A stretch of DNA of 64,000 nucleotides from Hyphomonas sp. GTDB lineage: Bacteria; Pseudomonadota; Alphaproteobacteria; Caulobacterales; Hyphomonadaceae. The notes beneath the pieces were generated by a model, which saw only the letters and a list, made by a program, of their open reading frames with translations, was not told where the DNA came from and ran no database searches. Position 1 is the stretch's first letter. Each line of letters opens with the position of its first letter. A program made the position numbers and the translations under genes. Below, piece by piece: positions 54,374 to 64,000 of this stretch. Location: positions 83,589-147,588 of the forward strand of contig NZ_JAGYJH010000001.1 of the NCBI RefSeq assembly GCF_018402285.1, in the 5' to 3' direction.

Positions 54374-55662
54374 GCCTTGAGCGCCCGCCAGCCAATGTCG
54401 CGGCGGCAGAAGCCGCCCGGCCATGTGATTGCGTCAACACCCGCATAGGCGCGGTCAACGGCTTCGCGTAAAGTCGCGCCGCTGGCGGTGACGTTCAGGA
54501 CGCGCCCGCCTTTGGCGACGAGCTTTCCGCCTTCGGCAATGTCTGTGCCCGCATGGAAAACTGTGACGCCGTCAAGGACCTGCGCCGCCCCGAGGCTTTC
54601 AATGACCGTGCCTTTTTCATAGCTGCCGGGATAGCCGTTTGCGGCGAGCACCACGGTGGCGGTTGGCTGGAAGTCTTCCAGTTCCAGCAGCGCCTCAAAG
54701 GCTGCTTCGCTGCCCTTCAGGCCGCCGGTTGCCGCCACGAGGATCGCCGGAACGATGTCGCCCCTCAGGCCCTTCATCAGCACCTGGCATTCAGGGTCTC
54801 CGAAACGGGCGTTGAACTCGACGACCTTGGGCCCTTCAGGCGTTACCATGACGCCGATATAGAGCACGCCCTGATACGGCATCCCGTCTTTGGCCATGCC
54901 CTTGAGCATAGGGCCGGCGATCTGGCTTTTGACCCTCGCCATGATCTCTTCACTGACGACCGGGGCGGGGGCATAGGCGCCCATCCCGCCGGTGTTTGGG
55001 CCAGTGTCGCCATCGCCCACGCGCTTGTGGTCCTGCGCGGCGGGCAGGAAGATCGCGCCTTCGCCATCGGTGATGACGAATATGCTGGCTTCCTCGCCGT
55101 GCATGAATTCCTCGATCACGAGGGTGGCCGACGCATCGCCGAACTTGCCTGACAGCATCTGGTCGATTTCGGCCTCAGCCTCTTCCAGCGTCTCGGCGAT
55201 CACAACCCCTTTGCCGGCGGCGAGGCCATCGGCCTTGAGCACGTAAGGCGCGCGCATCTTGCGCAGGAAAGCCTTGGCCGGGGCTGTTTGGGTGAACTCG
55301 CCATAGGCGGCGGTCGGCACGCCGTATCTTGTCATCCGCCCTTTGGAGAAAGCCTTGGAGGCTTCCAGCTGCGCGGCCGCCTTGGAGGGGCCGAAGACAT
55401 CAAAGCCGCGGGCGCGCAGGATGTCGGAGAGGCCAAGGGCGAGGGGCGCTTCCGGGCCGATCACGACCAGGTCGGGCTCGATCTGGAGGGCGAGCTTTAT
55501 CAGGCCGTCGATGTCATCTACCGCAACATCGAAGCAGGGGCCGACCGCGTCCATGCCGGGATTGCCGGGCGCGCAATGCACCACGTCCACCAGCGGTGAC
55601 TGGGCCATTTTCCAGGCCAGGGCGTGTTCACGGCCGCCCGATCCGATCAGGAGTATGTTCAT
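54370..55662 (-). CDS. purD: Phosphoribosylamine-glycine ligase
   Basis: MNILLIGSGGREHALAWK N-terminus and ATP-grasp core. 430 aa. Confidence 0.95.
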   Translation of the reverse strand: MNILLIGSGGREHALAWKMAQSPLVDVVHCAPGNPGMDAVGPCFDVAVDDIDGLIKLALQIEPDLVVIGPEAPLALGLSDILRARGFDVFGPSKAAAQLEASKAFSKGRMTRYGVPTAAYGEFTQTAPAKAFLRKMRAPYVLKADGLAAGKGVVIAETLEEAEAEIDQMLSGKFGDASATLVIEEFMHGEEASIFVITDGEGAIFLPAAQDHKRVGDGDTGPNTGGMGAYAPAPVVSEEIMARVKSQIAGPMLKGMAKDGMPYQGVLYIGVMVTPEGPKVVEFNARFGDPECQVLMKGLRGDIVPAILVAATGGLKGSEAAFEALLELEDFQPTATVVLAANGYPGSYEKGTVIESLGAAQVLDGVTVFHAGTDIAEGGKLVAKGGRVLNVTASGATLREAVDRAYAGVDAITWPGGFCRRDIGWRALKA

Positions 55663-55704
55663 GGGGCGGCTTGATGCGCTGAGCAGGGCGTGGGATCAAG
55701 CCCC

Positions 55705-57102
55705 ATGCCTGACTCGCCCACGACAAATCAGCCTGAACTGACCGTTTCGGAACTCGCCGCGAGCCTGAAGCGGACGATCGAGACCAGTTACGACCAGGTG
55801 ACCGTGCGCGGGGAACTCGGCCGGGTCACCATTGCCAAGTCCGGGCACATGTATGCTGACCTCAAAGACGACAAGGCGGTGCTCAACACCATCATGTGGC
55901 GCGGGCAGGTCGACCGGCTGACCTTCCGGCCCGAGGAAGGCCTTGAGGTGGTCGCCACCGGGCGCCTCTCCACCTATGAAGGCCGCTCGGCCTATCAGAT
56001 GATCGCCAGCACGATGCGGCCGGCAGGCGCTGGCGCGCTGATGCAGCTGCTGGAGGAGCGCAAGAAGAAGCTTGCGGCGGAAGGCCTGTTCGACCAGGCC
56101 CACAAGAAGCCGATCCCCTATATGCCGCGCACCATCGGGGTGATCACCTCGCCGACGGGCGCCGTGATCCGGGATATCCTCCACCGTATCCGCGAGCGAT
56201 TCCCTGTGCGCGTCATTGTCTGGCCCGCGCTTGTGCAGGGGGAACAGGCGGCCGCTCAGGTCACCGCCGGTATCCGTGGCTTCAACGCCATGACCGGGGC
56301 TGACCGGCCCGATGTTCTGATCGTGGCAAGGGGCGGCGGGTCGATTGAAGACCTCTGGCCGTTCAATGAGGAGGGGGTCGTAAGGGCCGCTTTCGAGAGC
56401 GAAATCCCTTTGATTTCAGCGGTTGGGCACGAGACTGATACCACGCTGATCGATTATGTTTCCGACCGCAGGGCGCCAACGCCCACCGGAGCGGCCGAGA
56501 TTGCCGTGCCGGTGCGCACCGAGCTGATCCTCAGCATTGAGGAGTCTGGCCAGCGCCTGAAACGCGCCCTCACCCGCGCCCTCACCCGGGCCAAGGACAA
56601 GCTGGGCTCTGCCCGCCTGCCCCGGCCAGAAAGCCTCTTACAATCAAAGCGCCAGCGGCTGGACTTTGCCTCTGCGAGCCTTCCCCGCGCCGCCCTGGCA
56701 CTGACCCAGAAGGCGCGCCTGAAGCTCTCGCGCCTGCAGCTTTCCCCGGCCACTCTGAAGGCCGAGATACGCAGCCAGCGCCAGCGCCTGCGCGACACCG
56801 CCGTGCGCGCGCGCCCTGCCCTGATGCGGCTGATCGAGCAGCGGCGCAGCGCTCTGGCCTCTGAAGGCAAGCTGCTCGAGACCCTTTCCTACCAGGCCAC
56901 TTTGAAGCGCGGATACGCCCTCGTCCGGGACACGTCCGGCCAATTGGTGCGCAGTTCCGGCCAGGCTCGGACACTTGCGGCCATTTACGTCACATTCGCG
57001 GACGGAGATGTCACCGCCGCGCCTTTTGAAGGCGAGACACCGCCCCCGGCGCCAAAGAAATCCACAAGCTCCCCGAAGGGGGGGCAGGGCACCCTCTTCT
57101 GA
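55705..57102 (+). CDS. xseA: Exodeoxyribonuclease VII large subunit
   Basis: TVSELAASLKRTIE..VRGELGRV OB fold, VITSPTGAVIRDI, ARGGGSIEDLWPFN. Start is ATG 55705 or GTG 55690. Confidence 0.9.
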   Translation: MPDSPTTNQPELTVSELAASLKRTIETSYDQVTVRGELGRVTIAKSGHMYADLKDDKAVLNTIMWRGQVDRLTFRPEEGLEVVATGRLSTYEGRSAYQMIASTMRPAGAGALMQLLEERKKKLAAEGLFDQAHKKPIPYMPRTIGVITSPTGAVIRDILHRIRERFPVRVIVWPALVQGEQAAAQVTAGIRGFNAMTGADRPDVLIVARGGGSIEDLWPFNEEGVVRAAFESEIPLISAVGHETDTTLIDYVSDRRAPTPTGAAEIAVPVRTELILSIEESGQRLKRALTRALTRAKDKLGSARLPRPESLLQSKRQRLDFASASLPRAALALTQKARLKLSRLQLSPATLKAEIRSQRQRLRDTAVRARPALMRLIEQRRSALASEGKLLETLSYQATLKRGYALVRDTSGQLVRSSGQARTLAAIYVTFADGDVTAAPFEGETPPPAPKKSTSSPKGGQGTLF

Positions 57103-57117
57103 GCCCCGAGCCGCGGC

Positions 57118-57735
57118 ATGCATCCAGCTCCCCGCTTCCGTGAAACTGACCCGGCCGTCCTGCTGGCGCGGATGGCGGCCCACCCGCTCGCGCTGGTGGC
57201 CGTCAATGGCGAGACCGCGCCGCTGGTTGGTCATACGCCGGTGATTGCCCGGCATGACAAGGATGGCGTTCTGCTGCGCTTTCATCTGTCTGCGGCCAAT
57301 CCGGCGGCGGCGCGGCTCCTGGCCGGGGCATCGGCAGTGATCGTCTTCACCGGGCCGGACGCTTACATTTCGCCGGACTGGTATGGCGATGTGCCCGATC
57401 AGGTGCCGACCTGGAATTACCTGTCGGTGGAGGCCGAGGGCCAGGCGCGCGAGACAGGCCGCGACGGGGCGGCAGCATTTCTCGATGACCTCTCGGCCGT
57501 GTTCGAAGCCGCCCTTCTGCCAAAGCCGCCCTGGACGCGGGGCAAGATGAAGCCGGCCGCCTTCGAGGCGATGCTGGTCGGTATCCGCGCTTTCGAGATG
57601 CGGCCACGAAGACTGGAAGGGATAACGAAGCTCGGCCAGAACAAGACGGCGCAGATGCGGGCGGGCGTGATCGAGGCACTGGAGGGATTGCCAGGGGGCG
57701 GGGTGATTGCTGCCGCGATGCGGGGGCTCGCCTAG
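57118..57735 (+). CDS. FMN-binding negative transcriptional regulator (PaiB family)
   Basis: MHPAPRFRETDPAVLLARMAAHPLALV..PTWNYLSVEA. 205 aa. Confidence 0.85.
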   Translation: MHPAPRFRETDPAVLLARMAAHPLALVAVNGETAPLVGHTPVIARHDKDGVLLRFHLSAANPAAARLLAGASAVIVFTGPDAYISPDWYGDVPDQVPTWNYLSVEAEGQARETGRDGAAAFLDDLSAVFEAALLPKPPWTRGKMKPAAFEAMLVGIRAFEMRPRRLEGITKLGQNKTAQMRAGVIEALEGLPGGGVIAAAMRGLA

Positions 57736-58209
57736 GTTTCACGCAGCCGTTCTGGCCGGACGTAGCAGGCGCTGGCCGGTTTGATGGGTGAGTTCGGGGG
57801 TCAGTTTATAGCCAGGAAGTGTCGGCGTGCGCGGTGAGGGGGCAAGATTGATCATGGGGCGGAGGATACGCCCCCGGGCGGGAGGGGATGGAGAGATTTG
57901 CGGGACGAATTTTTTTAGGATGTTGATTGGGATAGGGGTTTGGCTGGCGCAGGGGACTTGGGTTTGTTGGATAAGGCGCAAGGCCCTTAACCTCCCATCG
58001 CTTTGCGATGGGTCCCTCCTTGTTCGGGAAATCGCAGTGCGATTTCTGGTCCCCACAAGCCCTCAAGCAAGAGAGGCGTAAAGTGAGTAGGACGCCTCTT
58101 ACCCTCTGCCATAAATGGAAGATGGGGCGCCCGCGCGCGAAGAGCGTGGGAAGTGAGGGTCTCGTGGATGCGGGATGACAGGGGGGGCGGGAAGCGGCTA
58201 GATAGGGTC

Positions 58210-59622
58210 ATGACCCAGACACTGCCCCCCGCCTTTCTCGCCGCCGTCAAAGACCTGCTTGGGCCAAAGGGCTGGAGCCAGGATCCGGAGAAGCTGCTGG
58301 AAGCGGCCACGCCCTGGCGGGGGACGTATCAGGGGACAACGCCTCTGATCGTGCGGCCTGCCTCAACTGCCGAGGCCGCGGCGCTGGTGAAGCTCTGCGC
58401 GCAGCATGGCGTGGCGATGACGCCGCAAGGGGGCAATACCGGACTGATCGACGGGGGCACGCCGCACGGCGAGGTGTGTGTTTCGATGACGCGGATGAGC
58501 GCCCTGCGCGAGACCGATCCGTTCAATAATTCCATGACGATTGAAGCCGGCGCAACGCTGGTTTCCGCGCAGGCGGCCGCCGAGGCAGCCGGGCGGCTGT
58601 TTCCCCTCTCGCTCGGCTCGGAAGGGACCGCGACGATTGGCGGCCTCATTTCAACCAATGCCGGGGGGGTGGCCGTGCTGCGCTATGGCATGATGCGCGA
58701 CCTGATCCTGGGGCTGGAGGTGGTTCTGCCATCCGGCGAGGTGTGGGACGGGCTTTCGGGGCTGCGCAAGAACAATACCGGATATGACCTGAAGCATCTT
58801 TTTGCCGGGGCCGAAGGCACGCTGGGCCTGATCACGGCGGCGACGCTGAAGCTCTTCCCGCAGGTCCAGAGCGCGGCGGCGTGGGTTATATGCGCGTCTA
58901 CGGATGACGTTGTGAAACTGCTGGCGCTGGTGCGCGGGAAGGTCGGGGATTCGGTGACGAGTTTCGAGATCATCCCGGCGAACGCGGTAGAGATGGTAGT
59001 GGCTGATATTCCCACTGCCCGGGACCCGATGCCATCGAACGCGCCGTGGCGGGTGCTGATGGAAGTTTCCCAGACGGACGGGGCCTATGCGCGCACATTG
59101 CTGGAACGCGCCCTGGAAGCGGCGATGGAGGAAGGCCTTGTGCAGGACGCGGCGATTGCCGAAAGCGAGACCCAGGCGAAATCCTTCTGGCATATCCGCG
59201 AGACAATCCCCCTGTCCAAGCGCGCTTATGGCGCGGCGCTGAACCAGGACATTTCCGTTCCCGTGAGCCGGATTCCGGCTTTCATCGAGGCGTGCAATTC
59301 CGCTGTGCGCGATGTTCTGCCTACGGCGGATTTTGTGATCTTCGGGCATGTGGGCGACGGGAATTTGCATTATTCCGTGGTCGAAGCGCAGGGGGCGGCA
59401 GAGCCGCAGCTCAAAGCTCATGAGGACGCGATCACGCGGGTGATCTTTGACACCGTGATGGGCCATGGCGGATCGATCTCTGCCGAGCATGGCGTGGGGC
59501 GGCTGAAGCGGGATGAACTTGCCCGCCTGCGCCCGCCCGCCGCCACCCAAGCGATGCGGGCGATCAAGCGCGCGCTGGACCCGCAGGGGATCATGAACCC
59601 GGGGCGGGTTGTGACAGTCTAG
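58210..59622 (+). CDS. FAD-linked oxidase (GlcD / D-2-hydroxyacid dehydrogenase family)
   Basis: PQGGNTGL FAD motif. C-terminal GGSISAEHGVGRLK. 470 aa from ATG 58210. Confidence 0.9.
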   Translation: MTQTLPPAFLAAVKDLLGPKGWSQDPEKLLEAATPWRGTYQGTTPLIVRPASTAEAAALVKLCAQHGVAMTPQGGNTGLIDGGTPHGEVCVSMTRMSALRETDPFNNSMTIEAGATLVSAQAAAEAAGRLFPLSLGSEGTATIGGLISTNAGGVAVLRYGMMRDLILGLEVVLPSGEVWDGLSGLRKNNTGYDLKHLFAGAEGTLGLITAATLKLFPQVQSAAAWVICASTDDVVKLLALVRGKVGDSVTSFEIIPANAVEMVVADIPTARDPMPSNAPWRVLMEVSQTDGAYARTLLERALEAAMEEGLVQDAAIAESETQAKSFWHIRETIPLSKRAYGAALNQDISVPVSRIPAFIEACNSAVRDVLPTADFVIFGHVGDGNLHYSVVEAQGAAEPQLKAHEDAITRVIFDTVMGHGGSISAEHGVGRLKRDELARLRPPAATQAMRAIKRALDPQGIMNPGRVVTV

Positions 59623-59706
59623 CCCCCTGCCCGGCCCGGCGAATCGGCCTCATATTAACGCCTCGTTAACCACGGCCTCCGCAAAGCTGGCCAGCCGCAG
59701 AACGCG

Positions 59707-61089
59707 ATGGGGACAGACATGGTCTGGTATACCGACCTCCGGAGCCGGAGACTTTTTTCAGAGGCCGAGGGCGACTGGACCTCCCGCCGTCTGCTGGAGC
59801 TGCGCGCGCAGCTTGCCTCTCCGCCGCCCAGGGGCGTACCGCGGCGGACGAAGGATGCGAGCCTCATCATCGGCACCTGGAACATCCGCGATTTTGACAA
59901 CAACAAGTTCCGCCACGGGCCGCGGCGGCGCGAGAGCCTGCACTATATCGCCGAAGTGCTTTCGGCGTTTGATGTCTGCGCGCTGCAGGAGGTCAACGAG
60001 GATATCGGGCCACTGAAGGATGTAATCCGCCTGATGGGGCCGGGATGGGATTTCATCGCGACCGATGTGACGACCGGGTCGAGCGGCAACCGGGAGCGGA
60101 TGTGTTTCGTATATGACGCCCGCAAGGTCCGTTTCCGTAACATCGTTGGCGAGATCGTTCTGCCAAAGCATGCGCTGCTGCCCGGCGAGCAGCAGTTTGC
60201 GCGCACCCCGTTCATGGTGAGCTTTCAGGCGGGGTGGTTCAAATTCTCGCTGTGTACGGTGCATATCTATTTCGGGGAGGCCGCGAAGGGGAGCGATGGC
60301 TATGCCCGGCGCGTGTCCGAGATCGAGTATATCGCCCGGGAGATGGCCGGCCGCGCCGAGCGGGAGAACGAGAACTATATCCTGCTGGGCGATTTCAACA
60401 TCAAGAACCCGGTGGACGAGACGATGGGGGCGCTGACCAAGGCGGGCTTCCACCTGCCGCCCGAGCAGTATCCGTCTAACCTTCTGGGGACGCACTATTA
60501 TGACCAGATCGCCTTTCGCACGCGCAAGGATGAGCTGACATTCCTGTCTTCTGGCGCGTTTGACTGGAGCCAGTCTCTGTTCCGGCCCGACCATTACGAG
60601 CATTACGCGCCTGTGCTGCCCAAACGCCACCGGGACCTCAGGCCCGATGGCAGCCCGCGCGATACCGGGAAGGACAGGGACTATTATTCGAGGCGCTGGC
60701 TGACCTGGCAGATGTCGGATCATCTGCCGCTCTGGGTGGAGCTGGCGATCGACTTTTCCGATGCCCACCTTCTGCATAATGTGAAGGGCGCGTTCGAGGC
60801 CGGAGATGTGCCTGCGCAGGTGGAGTTTACAGAAGAAGCTGAGCCCGTGGCGGCGCCGCCGGAGCCGGCCGAACCTGTGCGCCCCCTGAAGAAGAAGCGC
60901 AAGGCTCCCAAGGTGGCCGCGCCGGAGAAGCAGGGCACGCTGGCGCCTGCGCCGAAAATGAGTTTCGCCGAAGGCTGGCGGATTTTCTGGTGGGTGGCGA
61001 GCGGGGGCGCCGACCGGATGCGCAGGGCGAAGGAGGCGGGCAAGAAGGCCGCCAGGCCGCGCAGGGCGGCGAGGAAGCCTGACGCCTAG
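59707..61089 (+). CDS. Endonuclease/exonuclease/phosphatase (DNase I-like) family protein with a Pro/Ala/Lys-rich C-terminal extension
   Basis: GTWNIRDF, ALQEV, LLGDFN and SDHLPLWVEL catalytic-site motifs. The last ~110 aa are low complexity and basic. Confidence 0.8.
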   Translation: MGTDMVWYTDLRSRRLFSEAEGDWTSRRLLELRAQLASPPPRGVPRRTKDASLIIGTWNIRDFDNNKFRHGPRRRESLHYIAEVLSAFDVCALQEVNEDIGPLKDVIRLMGPGWDFIATDVTTGSSGNRERMCFVYDARKVRFRNIVGEIVLPKHALLPGEQQFARTPFMVSFQAGWFKFSLCTVHIYFGEAAKGSDGYARRVSEIEYIAREMAGRAERENENYILLGDFNIKNPVDETMGALTKAGFHLPPEQYPSNLLGTHYYDQIAFRTRKDELTFLSSGAFDWSQSLFRPDHYEHYAPVLPKRHRDLRPDGSPRDTGKDRDYYSRRWLTWQMSDHLPLWVELAIDFSDAHLLHNVKGAFEAGDVPAQVEFTEEAEPVAAPPEPAEPVRPLKKKRKAPKVAAPEKQGTLAPAPKMSFAEGWRIFWWVASGGADRMRRAKEAGKKAARPRRAARKPDA

Positions 61090-62342
61090 AGCGCGGCAAG
61101 CAGCGTTGCAGCCGCGGCCCAGAGGGGCTCGCTGGCCTTGACGATGACGGGATGATGGGTCGATCGGTCCCCGCCGGGCACGGAGGTTCCGGTGACGGCG
61201 AAGGCGATCTCTGCGTCGAGCGCCGGGGCGTGGAAGGCGCCCGAGTAGAGGCCGTAAGCTTCGCCGTGATGGCCGATGAGCCATGTGCCCGGGATGGGGG
61301 AGTTGCCTGGCAAATGCCATTGAACGCCGAAACCGAAATCGGTGAAATATCCCTCATCGGTGTCACCATTGGGGCGGGCGGGGTTGTAGATCCATTGCTC
61401 GAGGGGCCGGGATATCGTTCCGGGAACGCTGGCCGCGGCACGCGCGAGGATGGCCATGTCCTCCAGGCTGGCGCGCAGGCCGCCTTGCGGGCTGAAGAGG
61501 GTGCCGTTTGTGCCCGGAATGTAATCTGCGAGGCGAGCGCCCTCGTCGATCAGAATTGCCGGATCTCTTCCTTTGAGGTTGGCGGGGCCATCGGCCTCAA
61601 CCTGCCAGCTGCCTTCTGCTTCGCGGCTGTAGAGTGTGGCGGCTTTGCGTCGTTTTCCGCGCGAGACGCCCGACCAGTTGAAGCCCGCGTCGAGGCCGAG
61701 GGGGCCGATTACTTCGCGGGCGGCGAGGTGGTCGAACCTCTCTCCGGTTTGCTTCTCCAGTAAGGCGCCGGCGAGGCCGTAACCGAAATTGCAGTAACGG
61801 AAGCCGACGCCGGGAAGGCTCCACCATTCCGGGCTCCACATGCCGGGCGTGAACAGGTCTTCGGTGCGCCCGGGGGCGGCCATCCAGTAGACGTCCGGAT
61901 CGCGGAGGCCTGATCTGTGGCCAAGGAGGTGGCCAAGCGTGATCGGGATATTCGGGTAGGCCGCGTTTATGAGCGCAGGGGTGAAGCTATCCCGAATGTC
62001 CGCATCCAGATCGACTTCACCTTTCTCCGCGAGACGCTGCGCGGTGAGAGCGGTCGCCATCTTCGAGACCGAGGCGACGCGCATGGGGGTTTGCGGCGTG
62101 AAGGGGACGGCGTCTGCCTCGCCCGCTGCGCCCTGAGCGAGGCCGTCGGCATGGGCGAAAATCACTTCACCGCGATGGCGCACGACGAGGCCTGCGGCGG
62201 GGACCATGGCGGAATAGACGAGGTCTTCGATGCGGCGGCGGGCGGAGGCGGCGGGCGTGCGCAGGGGGTCAGGGCGATGGGCGCAGGCGGTGAGCGTCAG
62301 CCCCGCCAGACCTGTCATCAGGACGCGCCTGTTCAACGTCAT
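61086..62342 (-). CDS. Serine hydrolase (beta-lactamase fold) lipoprotein
   Basis: MTLNRRVLMTGLAGLTLTACA signal and lipobox. SxxK in VASVSKMAT. 418 aa. Confidence 0.85.
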   Translation of the reverse strand: MTLNRRVLMTGLAGLTLTACAHRPDPLRTPAASARRRIEDLVYSAMVPAAGLVVRHRGEVIFAHADGLAQGAAGEADAVPFTPQTPMRVASVSKMATALTAQRLAEKGEVDLDADIRDSFTPALINAAYPNIPITLGHLLGHRSGLRDPDVYWMAAPGRTEDLFTPGMWSPEWWSLPGVGFRYCNFGYGLAGALLEKQTGERFDHLAAREVIGPLGLDAGFNWSGVSRGKRRKAATLYSREAEGSWQVEADGPANLKGRDPAILIDEGARLADYIPGTNGTLFSPQGGLRASLEDMAILARAAASVPGTISRPLEQWIYNPARPNGDTDEGYFTDFGFGVQWHLPGNSPIPGTWLIGHHGEAYGLYSGAFHAPALDAEIAFAVTGTSVPGGDRSTHHPVIVKASEPLWAAAATLLAAL

Positions 62343-62345
62343 CGC

Positions 62346-64000
62346 TTATCCCCGCCGGCCGAACAGGCGTTCGATGTCAGCCAGCTTAAGCTCCACATAG
62401 GTGGGGCGGCCGTGATTGCACTGGCCCGAATGAGGCGTGGCTTCCATCTGGCGGAGGAGCGCGTTCATTTCGTCGCCGTTCAGACGGCGACCGGCGCGGA
62501 TGGAGGAGCGGCAGGCCATGTTGCCCATCACTTCCTCGAAGCGTTCCGACAGTGTGAGGCCGGCTTCATATTCGGCAAAATCATCGGCGAGGTCGCGGAT
62601 GAGGCCGGCGGCGTCCATCTCCCCGAACAGGGCGGGGGTGGCGCGCACGGCGATGGCGCCGGGGCCGAAGGGTTCGATCTCCAGCCCGAGCGCGGCGAGT
62701 TCCTCGGCGCGGGCACAGACGCGGTGGGCCTCGTCTTCGGAGAGCTCGACAATATCGGGTATCAGCAGCGCCTGACGGCGCACGCCGCCTTCGGCCATCT
62801 GGCGTTTCATGGATTCATAAACCAGCCGCTCATGGGCGGCATGTTGGTCTACGATGACGATACCGTCTGCCGTTTGAGCAATGACATAGGTTTCGTGGAC
62901 CTGGGCGCGGGCAGCGCCGAGGGGGTATTCCCCGAGCGGTCCCGGCGCGGGCATGGGGCCGGTTTCGACCTTTGCTGTGGGGGCGCCTTCATAGGCGCTC
63001 GCCTCCGGGACAAAGCCGCGCGGCGTGAAGGGTGCGTCTGTGCCATCTCCTTCGACCTGGCGGGCGGCGTAGCCCTGAGGCGGCATGACGGGGCGCTGGG
63101 TGTAGCCGCCGGGCCCACTTTGTGTTTGTGGCGCCTGCCAGAGGAAGCCTGCCTGCGGGGCGGGCTCTGCGCGGGCCTTGCCGAGGGCGAAGCCAGCGAC
63201 GGTGGTGGAGGCGCGGTGACCGGCGGCGGCGAGGGCATGGCGCAGCGCCGAGATCATCAGGCCGCGCACGCCGCCTGCATCGCGGAAGCGCACTTCGGTC
63301 TTGGCGGGGTGGACGTTGACGTCCACGCCTTCCGGATCAAGGTCGACGAAGAGCGCCACCATGGGATGGCGGTCCCGGGCGAGGAAATCCTGATAGGCGG
63401 CGCGCACGACGCCCGTCAGCATACGGTCTTTCACCGGGCGGCCATTGACGAACAGGAACTGCATCTGCGCGTTGCCGCGATTGAGCGTCGGCAAACCTGC
63501 AAAACCCGAGAGGCGCACGCCTTCGCGGGTCGCGTCGACGGCGACGGCATTGTCTGAAAAGTCCCGCCCCATGATGGCGCCGAGGCGCTTGAGACGGCCT
63601 CCATCGCCGGGGCCTTCAGCGGGATAGCGCAAGAGGTTGCGACCATTGCTTTCGAGGCTGAAGGCGACTTCCGGATTGGCCATGGCGAGGCGTTTGACGG
63701 CGTCGGTGACAGCCATGGCCTCGGCGCGCTCGCCGCGCATGAATTTCAGGCGGGCGGGGGTGGCGTGGAAAAGGTCGTTTACGTCGATGCGCGTGCCGGT
63801 GTCGCTGCGCCCGGTGAAGGCGGCGGGCCGGGGGCCATCGAGGCGGCCGGCATCGGAGAAGATTTCAGCGGCCTCTTCCCCGGCGGCGCGCGAGACGATG
63901 CGCATGCGGCTGACCGAGGCGATGGAGGGCAAGGCTTCGCCCCGGAAACCCATGGTGAAGATGTTGAGGAGATCCACCCGGCCGTCTGTGTCCGGCACGA
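62346..64000 (-). CDS. mutL: DNA mismatch repair protein MutL (partial; N-terminus lies beyond the window end)
   Basis: [14 protein letters not shown], the LFVNGRPV region, and a C-terminal dimerisation/endonuclease domain with ACRSSIRAG and QCNHGRPT. The ORF runs off the 3' edge of the window. Confidence 0.9.
   Translation of the reverse strand, partial: VPDTDGRVDLLNIFTMGFRGEALPSIASVSRMRIVSRAAGEEAAEIFSDAGRLDGPRPAAFTGRSDTGTRIDVNDLFHATPARLKFMRGERAEAMAVTDAVKRLAMANPEVAFSLESNGRNLLRYPAEGPGDGGRLKRLGAIMGRDFSDNAVAVDATREGVRLSGFAGLPTLNRGNAQMQFLFVNGRPVKDRMLTGVVRAAYQDFLARDRHPMVALFVDLDPEGVDVNVHPAKTEVRFRDAGGVRGLMISALRHALAAAGHRASTTVAGFALGKARAEPAPQAGFLWQAPQTQSGPGGYTQRPVMPPQGYAARQVEGDGTDAPFTPRGFVPEASAYEGAPTAKVETGPMPAPGPLGEYPLGAARAQVHETYVIAQTADGIVIVDQHAAHERLVYESMKRQMAEGGVRRQALLIPDIVELSEDEAHRVCARAEELAALGLEIEPFGPGAIAVRATPALFGEMDAAGLIRDLADDFAEYEAGLTLSERFEEVMGNMACRSSIRAGRRLNGDEMNALLRQMEATPHSGQCNHGRPTYVELKLADIERLFGRRG

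Noticed and set aside
1-64000. CRISPR arrays, rRNA genes, IS elements, and recognisable defence systems (restriction-modification, CBASS, retron, Gabija-like and similar).
   Set aside because: No regularly spaced direct repeats, no rRNA-like sequence, no transposase motifs and no defence-gene signatures were seen. The only candidates are the TA modules inside the tRNA-Leu insertion.

Overview
High-GC bacterial chromosomal segment. The gene content looks alphaproteobacterial: CtrA, a polar-flagellum FlhF/FlhG pair, type II ThrB and PccA. A Caulobacterales/Hyphomonadaceae-like origin is inference only. About 70 genes are supported, mostly housekeeping and lipid or aromatic catabolism: pccA, ald, azoR, csp, thiolase, crotonases, map, thrB, rnhA, ctrA, purD, xseA, partial mutL, two P450s, SDR/MDR oxidoreductases, four MFS and one DASS transporter, three beta-lactamase-fold hydrolases and two amidohydrolases. 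The one clearly accessory stretch is 14.67-18.38 kb. There, an intronless tRNA-Leu(UAA) gene is cut in its anticodon loop by a 3,623-bp insertion bounded by a 9-bp direct repeat (CTTAAAATC). The insertion has no integrase. It carries a second, intact tRNA-Leu(UAA) interrupted by a 251-nt group I intron at the canonical U34|A35 site. It also carries an AbiEi antitoxin with only a stump of its AbiEii toxin, and a HipA kinase fused in frame to its HipB-like HTH partner. Other notable points are a sensor-kinase-like protein with no phospho-acceptor His, and an FlhF-like protein with degenerate G1-G3 GTPase motifs next to ctrA. Several genes are decayed or frameshifted (rluB, radC, a collapsed ABC-F ATPase, a serine hydrolase), and their breakpoints sit at short G/C runs, so these may be assembly errors rather than biology. 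No CRISPR array, rRNA, transposase or integrase was found. All coordinates were derived by hand against the supplied ORF track; RNA and hairpin ends may be off by 1-2 nt.
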